Below are positions 36,638 through 44,742 of a stretch of DNA of 44,742 bases, one piece after another. The stretch spans positions 1 to 44,742 of the IMG/VR virus record IMGVR_UViG_3300005077_000032; one strand, written 5' to 3'. The DNA comes from a virus (lineage: Duplodnaviria > Caudoviricetes). The notes below the pieces were generated by a model. It was not told the DNA's origin. It did not search any database and worked only from the letters and a program-made list of their open reading frames with translations. How positions within the stretch are numbered: the first letter of the stretch is position 1; the number at the start of each line of letters is the position of its first letter. Made by a program: the position numbers and the translations under genes.

Positions 36638-37186
36638 ATGACAAAAGTATTGGGATTAGACATCAGTACATCAAATATTGGAATTTGTGTGTCTGACGAG
36701 AGTGATATCATTTATGAATTCATATCAATTCCGTTAAATAAAATAGTTAAAGATAAAGATCTTTTTAAAAAAGTATCGGTTTTTGAAGTTGCAATCAATA
36801 AGATTTTTGCAAAGCATGACATTTCTCACACCTTCATAGAAAAACCACTTGAATTTTTCAAACAAAGTGAAAGTATGGCTCATACAATAATTTTATTAAA
36901 TTGTTTCAATATTTTATGTCAATATATTCTTCATGGAAAGAAAATAAAGTATACATTGGTATCTCCATCAACTGCATTAAAATGTGCTATTGGAAGAGGA
37001 ACTAAGCCAACCTGAGTCAAGGATAAGAAATCGTGATTGGCAAAGATATTTGAACAAACACATCCTGAAATCGAATTAAAAAAATATGAAAAGGGTAAGA
37101 GCGTCGGAGAAATACATGCAGAAATGTACGATCCAATAGACGCATGAGTGTTGACGAGAAGCATAAACGCGCAAAACATAAAATAG
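36638..37186 (+). CDS. ruvC: RuvC-like Holliday junction resolvase
   Basis: VLGLDISTSNIGI, FIEKP and C-terminal YDPIDA catalytic acids; the last are reached only through two TGA codons. Confidence 0.82.
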
Positions 37187-37193
37187 AGGGTTT

Positions 37194-38141
37194 ATGGACA
37201 AATCAATAATACTTCCAGCATTTGAAGATGCTATGGGATCTTATATAGACAAAGATCCAGAATTTCTTTTCACATGTCCAAACGATGATTGTCCAAGTAG
37301 AGCAAAGGGAAAGAAAAAGTTACAAGTAAATATAGAAAAAAACATGTTTCATTGTTGGGTTTGTGAATTCAAGGGAAGATCTCTGCTTTATCTAGTTAAA
37401 TATCTTAATTTAGATCCATCCATATTGGGATTGGATACCATACCACAAGATACAGATTTGGAATCCATCATTTTAGACAACCCACCAGAAATTGAAATCC
37501 AGCACATGGTAAAAATTCCAGAAAATTACATTTTGATAGATGGATGCAAGGATAAAAAGTCAAATAATTATTTAAAAGCAATGAAATATCTTTCCAAAAG
37601 AGGAATTTCTGAATTTGATATTGCAAAATATAGAATTCATTATCAATTTGATGGTTATTCCGTATTAATTCCTAGCTATAATAAGAATGGAGATTGTAAT
37701 ACATATTTTGTTAGAGGAATTCTTGATAATATGAAGTATATTCCTCCATTTCCTAGAAAAAGTATCATAGCAAATGAAATCTTTATAGATTGGAAAGAAA
37801 AAATATATTTGGTTGAAGGATTTTTTGATGCTATAACTGCTGGAGACAATGCAGTTCCATTGCTTGGATCTTTTATTAAATCAGACCATCTGATTTTCGA
37901 TAGGATATTGCAAAATAGGCCAGAATGTGTTATATTAGCATTGGATAGGGATGCCTTTGAAAAGAAAACATTAAGAATTGCAAATTTATTCCATAAACAT
38001 GAAGTTCCAGTTAAGTTGGTTAGATTTCCCAATGATAGAGATATCAATGATATAGGAAGAAAGCAATTTATGAGATTGGTTGAAGATGCAGAAGTGTTTC
38101 ACAATTTGTATATTTTAGAACATGAATTGGACAATATTTAG
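37194..38141 (+). CDS. dnaG: DNA primase (Zn-binding domain + TOPRIM)
   Basis: CPNDDC...FHCWVC, YLSKRGI, LVEGFFDA, LALDRDA, DIND; both Trp are TGG. Confidence 0.88.
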   Translation: MDKSIILPAFEDAMGSYIDKDPEFLFTCPNDDCPSRAKGKKKLQVNIEKNMFHCWVCEFKGRSLLYLVKYLNLDPSILGLDTIPQDTDLESIILDNPPEIEIQHMVKIPENYILIDGCKDKKSNNYLKAMKYLSKRGISEFDIAKYRIHYQFDGYSVLIPSYNKNGDCNTYFVRGILDNMKYIPPFPRKSIIANEIFIDWKEKIYLVEGFFDAITAGDNAVPLLGSFIKSDHLIFDRILQNRPECVILALDRDAFEKKTLRIANLFHKHEVPVKLVRFPNDRDINDIGRKQFMRLVEDAEVFHNLYILEHELDNI

Positions 38142-38150
38142 GAGTAATTA

Positions 38151-41100
38151 ATGAATAATTGAAAAATAGTTGCATTATCAGATATACATATTAGAACAGT
38201 TAATAGACACGAAGAATATAAATTAATTTTTGAAAAGACATTGCAAGAAATTGAAAAGCTGCAACCAGATTATATCTTCAATCTTGGAGATACATTTCAT
38301 AATAAATTGCAATTAAGTCCAGAATCTATCATTCTTGCAAAATGATTTTTTGAAAAGCTCGCCCTAATTGCTCCAACATATACCCTTGTTGGAAATCATG
38401 ATATGAATGTAACGAATCCAAACAGGCCAAGCTCCGTCAACGCAGTTTTAAATGATATTCCAAATCATTTTATTTTGGATAGCAGTAAATTTATTACACT
38501 GAACAAGCCATCAGATGAAAGAATGGGATTGTGCATAGGTCATTATGCGTTCAATCAACCAAAGAGTGAGTGACCTATAAAGGTCGATAAAAAGCATAGA
38601 AACGACTACATCAACATTGCATTATATCATGGGGCAGTTGACCTATATCAGACGGATGCGGGTTGGCAAGACGATTCTATGATTAAATATAATGAATGCT
38701 TTTTGGATTATGATATGCTATTGTGTGGAGATATTCACAGCACTCAGAAGCTAAACAAAAAAGCGTGAATGGTAGGGAATCTTATTCAACAAAATTTTGG
38801 AGAAGATGTTAACAAAGGATTTTTGTATTTAGAAATTGGAAACAAAGAAGATAATTTCGTTGAAAAACATTCGATATTAAATGATTATAATTATTTGAAT
38901 GTATTTATTCCAATTTCAAAAGTTGAAAATGCAAAAAATGTAATAGTTGAAACATTGGAAGATCAACATATTACAAATAAAAGCAATATAAGAATCGTTG
39001 TTTCTACAAATAATATATTGGATGTGAGTTTTAAAGAAGATATAACATCATTTGTTTTAAACAAATATGGAATTAATCCAATTATTGAAGAAGCGTTCAG
39101 GTTGAACGAAAATCAAATAGAAACAAAAGAAGTCAGAGATAATTATACTCCAATAAATTTTTCAAATGTAAGTTATCAAAATGAATTAATAGAAAATTAT
39201 CTAAAAAATAATTTTACGGTTCCAGATGGAGTTGAATTGAATGATATCTTTAACATAAACAAAGAAATAAATAATGAACTTGGAATAACAAAATCTGATG
39301 GCTCTTCTAGACTTTGGAATATATTAAAATTGGAATTTCAGAATATGTTCCAATATAGTCATGTTGAGATAGATTTTCAAAATGATATGTCTGGATTAAT
39401 TGGATTATTTGGAGATAACGCTTCTGGAAAATCCAATCTATTTAATGCGTTGTCATTCATAATTTTTGGAAAAACGACAACAAATGTTGCTTTTGCAGAT
39501 GTTATTAGAAGTGGCGAAGATTTTGCAAAAGGTCAAGTTTATTTAACAAATGGGGATTCTGTTTTTAGAATTAATAGGGAATTGATAACTGGAACAAGAG
39601 CAGCAAAGCATATAGTTAAATTTGAAAAGTTGGAAAATGGTAGTTGGATTCCGATGAATGAAGAAACTGTTCCGCTAACCAACAAGGCAATAGCAGATAT
39701 CTTTGGATCATTTGAAAATTTCATTCTCACAACATTGTCCGTTCAAAACAATTATTTTTCATTTGTTAGATCAACAAATACGCAAAGAAAAGATGTTGTT
39801 ATGGAAAATTTAGGAATTGGAATTTTCAATTCTTTGTTTGATATATCAAAACAGAAGATAAAGGAGGTAAATGCTGTCATAGATGTTCTTGGAGATACAA
39901 AACCATTACTTACCAATCTTCAATTGCATAAAGATGAAATCAATAAAATAAAAGAAGACAACAAGAGTCAAAAGGAACTGTTAGAAAAATCAACCAATAT
40001 TCTAAAATCAGTAGATGAAAAAGTAAGCGTTTTTTTAAGCAAGATTAAACCAATAAATTGTGTAATTATTGACAAAGACAATATTCAAAATCAAATAAAA
40101 GAATATGAATCTGAAATTAAAAAATTAGAATTGTTGAGATCAAAGATCGAAATGGAAGGTGTTGAATTAAAAGAGAAAATAACAAAATCAAAAGAAGACA
40201 TTAAAAAATTAGTTAATGCTTGCAGAGATCAGATCAATAATTTAAATATTCAAATTGGAATATTAAAAGAATCTATTAAAAAATATAATTCAATAAAAGA
40301 AAAATATGGTGAAATTAATTGTAAAGAATCTACATGCGTTCTTTTGATGCGATATCAAGAAGAAGCAGGAAATATAGATGGTATAGAGGATGATTTGCAA
40401 TTGAAATTACAAAATCAACAAAAATATAAAAAAATGTTGGAAAGATTTGAAAATGAAATGGATTGGCATCAACAATTGGAGAGAATTACAAACCAATCTT
40501 CGGAAGTTGAATCAAAGATCATCAATCTCAATTTAAGAATTGAAAACAAAAAGCAATTGATAGAAGAATTTGACAAAAGCAAGCACATAATTCAAGAAAA
40601 TGAAAAAGTTCAGAAATCAATAGATGATCTTTCTTTCAAAAGAGGAAAAATAGTTGAAATTTTATCTATGGCTAAAGCCAAGATCGAAGCAAATAAAAAG
40701 TTAACCATAGAACACGAAAGACAGATAACAACAATTAATTTACAAATTGAACAATTATTTGAGATGAGAAGAAAAGCAAATGCATTGATTGTATATAGAG
40801 ATATAATGAATCAAAATTCTTTGCCAAATACCATCTTAAATAATTATATTTCAATATTGGAAACGGAAGTTAATAGAATATTGGGAACATCTTTGGGATT
40901 GTCTGTAAAAATATTATTGGACTTAAAAGATGGAAACAAAAAGTCTGAATTGAATATTTCATTTAAGAATATAAAAGATGAGTGGTATCCGATAGAAGCA
41001 TCCTCTGGAGCGGAAGAAATGTTGTTGTCGTTGGCTATTAGAGTGGCACTAATCAACATAACAAGTATAAGTAGATGTAACATGTTAGTTATAGATGAAG

Positions 41101-41273
41101 GATTTGGAAACTTGCATAGCACAAAGATACCAGAGCTTGGCTTGTTGTTTGATAAAATAAAGAGAATGTTTAAGACCATAATCATAATTTCTCATTTAGA
41201 ATCAATTCATGATTTTGTTGAAAAAGCGATTGTGGTTAGTGTTGAAGATAAGGTTTCTAAATTAGTTGTTTAA
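38151..41273 (+). CDS. Fused SbcD/Mre11 nuclease - SbcC/Rad50 ATPase (gp47-gp46-like), 1040 aa
   Basis: SDIH, GDTFH, GNHD, YHG, GDIH phosphoesterase motifs, then Walker A GDNASGKS, coiled coil, SSGAE, IDEGFG, ISH; one frame with 4 TGA; SD AGGAG. Confidence 0.88.
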
Positions 41274-41745
41274 AATTAAGAACAGATGAATAAACACCTT
41301 CGTTTTGTTGCTTATTTTTAAATACTCAATCTAAATAAAATTTTGCTTGATATTTGTCTAAAACATTTCAAAAACTTTCAGATTTCATTCATTGAACATT
41401 TTCAACTTCTGGATATTCTTCCACATCATCTTCATTATATTTAAAATATGAATTGCAACGGAGAGGCGATTTTGCTTCTCTTTCGTTTACTTCATAATAA
41501 AATGATGTTAAAGTGTGTTCCTGTCTTCTTCCGTAAGGAATTGTTCCCATTAATTTCATGTTATTCGGTCTTGTTATGGTTATGTTACATTCTTCTTTAA
41601 CTTCTCTGATTGCTGCTTGTCTTGCATTTTCACCATTATCAATATGCCCCTTTGGTACGGTTCATCCATGTCATCCATAAACTTTAGATATAACATAAGA
41701 ATCCATTGACGGATTGTATATTAATACAGATACCTTTTGCGCCAT
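41257..41745 (-). CDS. Nudix hydrolase
   Basis: WTVPKGHIDNGENARQAAIREVKEECNI Nudix box and EYPEVENVQW; SD AAGGA; 5 TGA; absent from the supplied track. Confidence 0.88.
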
Positions 41746-41799
41746 TAAAACCAATTCCTTTCATATATAATTTTATATAGTACAACTAAAGGAGATTAT

Positions 41800-42060
41800 A
41801 TGGCATTAAATTTGTATGTTGAGCCTCTTTGAAAAGGAGAGCCAGAAGGCAGAATGGTCAATAGATTCTGTAAAAAATACCGCGAATCAGGATTGTACGA
41901 TGAAATCAAAGCAAAAAGTTTTTATGAAAAGCCATCAGTTAAAAGACATAGACAAAAAAGAAAAAAGATGTTCATAAATGACATAGTAAATAAAATACGA
42001 CAGGGAAAGTTAAGACCTAAAAATAAAAGACTGTACGCAGAAATAATGGGAACTAGATAA
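41800..42060 (+). CDS. rpsU: Phage-encoded 30S ribosomal protein bS21
   Basis: RMVNRFCKKYRESGLYDEIKAKSFYEKPSVKRHRQK; SD AAAGGAG; TGA at codon 11. Confidence 0.85.
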
Positions 42061-42398
42061 TGCATCCATATTTTGAAACAATATATATTCCAAGAAATAC
42101 ATTTGGAACTCAGTTGGAATTTACCGTCTATGATTCATATGATCAAAATGAGCCATTAACTTCTTATAGCTCTATCGTACTGAGAGCCTTCAATCCAAGA
42201 AAAGAAGAAGAATTTTCTGGAAATGTTGTTGAATCAATTTCGGGATTGGGATCATCTAATGTTGTTCATTATTTATTACAAGATGGTGATTTAAAAAATA
42301 TTGGAATATATGATTTATTTCTTGAATTTATCAAATCATCCAATGGAACTATCACTTACAAAAATACTGTTCATGCAGGAAGGATTAAAGTAGAATAA
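42060..42398 (+). CDS. Ig-like structural protein (BppU-like)
   Basis: LEFTVYD...VVHYLLQDGDLKNIGIYDLFLEFI pattern; TAATG coupling on both sides. Confidence 0.55.
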   Translation: MHPYFETIYIPRNTFGTQLEFTVYDSYDQNEPLTSYSSIVLRAFNPRKEEEFSGNVVESISGLGSSNVVHYLLQDGDLKNIGIYDLFLEFIKSSNGTITYKNTVHAGRIKVE

Positions 42399-42904
42399 TG
42401 AGATTAAAAGATGTTGTTGAAATAAAAACGGATTTTCCAGAAGCCGATTTTTGATTAATAAGGGTAAATTCTGTAAATATAGTTGGCAAGCCAGTAAATG
42501 AATTCAAAAATACAAGAATTGGTATAAGAGTTATAAGAACTGATATCTTAAATTCTAAATATTTATATTATGCTATGATGTTCTTATGACAAAAGGGATA
42601 TTGAAAAGAAAGGCATTATGGAATGCAAAATAGAGTTAATATTAGGATAGAAGATGTAAAAAATATATCAATTAGTAAAAATGTAAATGAAAATATTATT
42701 GCCAATTTACAACAAGGATTCGATATGTCCAATGAAATTGTTATAGATGATCATGTGCTTTCGCCATCTGATGCTCATGTAATTTTAGCAATATATAATA
42801 AATTAAACAGGTATAATGCTGAACGATTTCTAAACCTTGGAATAATAAAAATGAAAAAGTTAGCATATGCTATATGAGAATGATTGGACAATAGCGTAAT
42901 ATAA
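42398..42904 (+). CDS. Protein with N-terminal restriction-modification specificity (TRD)-like domain and a second helical domain
   Basis: MRLKDVVEIKT...ILNSKYLYYAM...NIRIEDVKNISI resembles HsdS TRD flanks; VNE linker, then ILAIYNKLNRYNAERFL. Confidence 0.5.
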
Positions 42905-42913
42905 GAGGTGTAT

Positions 42914-44266
42914 ATGGATTTATCTAAGCTTACCATGTATGAACGACAGTTCTATGACAGAATTTGTGAAATTGAAAAAAATATGGAGACAGAAAGTGAT
43001 TTTAACGAAATTCATAATTTTTTCAAAGGAATGTGAGATAATTATGACTATAAAACAGAAACAAGACCAGCTATAGTATTATCAACACCAGCAGAAACAG
43101 GAACTTGCTGATTTAGACTTAGGGTTCCATTGTTTAATTTGTTTAAGCATTACGCTGATGAATTTTACTTCATTTATACAGATAGATTCAATATGAATAT
43201 GATGAAATTTGCCGACATCATTATTCAACACAGGGCAAGTCCAATACACGCTTTGATCAATGATATTGAAGGACTATGACCAAAAGGATTCAAAAAGCCC
43301 GCCATCATACACGAAGTTGATGACAATGAATTTGACCTTCCAGATTCACATCCTCTAAAGCCACAATGAATTCAAGCTGGAAAGGATAAAATGTCCAAGA
43401 AGCAAATTCAAAAATCACACTATGTTACAACAACCGGACGAGTATTGAAGATGATCTTCTCCAATTTAAATGCTTTTGACAATATTACCATTGTACCGAA
43501 TGCTTTTAGGTGAACGCAAAAGCAATGAAAAAAACTCTCAGATGAAGAGAAAGAAAATTCAAAGCCAGAAGGCGCAAAGGGAAAGGTCACTATTGGATGG
43601 GCAGGACTTACATCTCACTTTCCCGATCTTATTGGAATGTTAAAAATATTTGAAGAAGCAAAAAATAGCACAAAAGATCCAACAAGTATTCATTTTATTC
43701 TTTCTGGAATGCCCGTTAAGGACATTATGACACAAAGAACAAGTGACGGTAGGATGGTTGAGCTTCCAACTCCAAAAGAACAAACTTATAAGCATAAAAT
43801 AATGTATGGATTTGATAATTTTAAAGGATATATTCCAGTTCTTGGCGAAGACATTTGCACATTTCAAGATGTGAAGGGATTGTTTGATTATGGTGAGTTT
43901 TATGATCAATACGATATAAATCTTGCTTATTTGGCAGAAAAATCAAAATTCAATAAGTCTAAATCGGCTATTAAAGTAATAGAAGGATTTGCAAAAGGAG
44001 CCATATCTATTTGAACTAATTTTGGAGGATATCAAGAATTTTATTACCATCTTCCAGAGGATTTGAAGGATATAGCAACAAAATATATGGCTTGTGAAAC
44101 AGAAAAAGATTTTGCAAAAAATATAACTTATTGAGTCGAACATCCAGAAGAAAGAAAATATTGAGCAGAAAAGTTTCAAAATTATGTCTTAAAAACTTTT
44201 GATATTGAAGAAGTTAATAAAATTAGATATAATCTTTATCGACAAGTCTTAAAGTGTAATATATAA
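42914..44266 (+). CDS. GT-B fold glycosyltransferase (GT4-like)
   Basis: GTCWFRLRVP, IIHEVDD, IVPNA, IGWAGLTSHFPDL, DINLAYL...FNKSKSAIKVIE; SD GAGGTG. Confidence 0.8.
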
Positions 44267-44287
44267 TATGAAAAAGGAACAAGTATA

Positions 44288-44731
44288 ATGAAAAAGACTT
44301 GCAGTGTAATTAAGAAAACCAAAGTTCAAAAAGAGATAGTAAATAAAAAGATTAAGTTCGTAGAAGTAAAATCCATCGACCTTCCAACAATTGTTGGTCA
44401 AGAACTCAAAAAGTTAAACGAAATTGGAGAGTTGGGAATTTATTCAACTCCAACAGCTTCTATAACAACTGATTTAAAAGGCTCTAGACCGCCAGAAGAG
44501 CAATTACATGCAATTATGGAAAAACAGCGCATAGCTGCAATTATCGAATTTTGGAAGAACTTCAAACCAAGCGAGGAAAACATACATATTGAAAGTGAAA
44601 ATACTGCTGTAATATCAGATGGTGCAGGAACTTCATTTGTAATGTTTTATAAGCTAAGTTCTTATGAACCACCAATTGCAACTTGCGAATCCTTAAAAAA
44701 AGTAAACATTGATCGCACAAATTTACCATAA
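44288..44731 (+). CDS. Hypothetical protein
   Basis: 147 aa ORF with SD AAGGA. Confidence 0.6.
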   Translation: MKKTCSVIKKTKVQKEIVNKKIKFVEVKSIDLPTIVGQELKKLNEIGELGIYSTPTASITTDLKGSRPPEEQLHAIMEKQRIAAIIEFWKNFKPSEENIHIESENTAVISDGAGTSFVMFYKLSSYEPPIATCESLKKVNIDRTNLP

Positions 44732-44742
44732 TTTCAAAATTA

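Larger units (their letters stand above)
1..44742. mobile_element. Segment of a large myovirus-like (T4-like/jumbo) phage genome using genetic code 4 (TGA=Trp)
   Basis: Baseplate gp5/gp25/gp6/gp7-like genes, late sigma factor, primase, RuvC, SbcCD and bS21 in a co-oriented gene-dense array with no bacterial housekeeping operons; long ORFs appear only if TGA is read through. Confidence 0.93.

Noticed and set aside
671-44179. Minus-strand and alternate-frame ORFs in the supplied track (e.g. 3991-4482, 7745-8182, 26108-26476, 35537-35920, 4642-4911, 10477-10713)
   Set aside because: They lie antisense or out of frame to well-supported code-4 genes, have F/I/L/S-rich shadow composition and show no motifs
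1-44742. Interpretation as a heavily pseudogenised or error-ridden sequence
   Set aside because: Interruptions are almost all in-frame TGA at Trp-type positions; frames are preserved for over 1000 codons and motifs are intact
1-44742. TGA as Gly (code 25) or selenocysteine
   Set aside because: Paralogs alternate TGA and TGG at the same motif column, and TGA occupies known Trp positions; far too frequent for Sec
1-44742. Mollicute chromosome or mitochondrial origin (both use code 4)
   Set aside because: Gene content is a phage baseplate and replication module, not cellular or organellar; a code-4 host cannot be excluded, though
1-44742. tRNA-Trp(UCA), release factor or other recoding machinery
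   Set aside because: No cloverleaf or RF-like ORF recognised and few gaps are large enough; if present it lies outside this window (tRNAscan-SE would confirm)

Overview
A gene-dense, AT-rich 44.7 kb segment of a large contractile-tailed (T4-like/jumbo) phage genome that reads TGA as tryptophan (genetic code 4). The supplied ORF track stops at every TGA and fragments the genes. With TGA=Trp the window tiles into about 48 coding regions, all on + except one Nudix hydrolase, ending in TAA/TAG and often coupled by TAATG overlaps. Content: a gp55-like late sigma factor, an HNH endonuclease, a baseplate/tail module (gp5-like spike, gp25, gp6, gp7-like wedge, collar-like paralogs), RuvC, primase, a fused SbcD-SbcC (gp47-gp46), Nudix, ribosomal protein bS21 and a glycosyltransferase. 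Three things stand out. (1) An uncharacterised ~200-250 aa module (DPxPxKKYxEW ... GxxADIxSY ... AxxYGxxTxWCxS) occurs about 12 times in 9 genes, alone, in tandem, or fused to GNAT, HExxH metallopeptidase and helical-repeat domains. Each copy is preceded by a hydrophobic-x-E motif like a T4 prohead-protease site, suggesting a virion-packaged, injected effector arsenal. (2) TGA and TGG are unevenly partitioned: a gene with its own host-type promoter and terminator (tandem Tad2/DUF2829-like) uses only TGG, while the late sigma factor, bS21 and most structural genes need TGA read-through, consistent with a timed code switch in a standard-code host. (3) Several Tad2-like anti-defence candidates are present. 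All product calls come from manual translation and motif recognition; no database searches were run.
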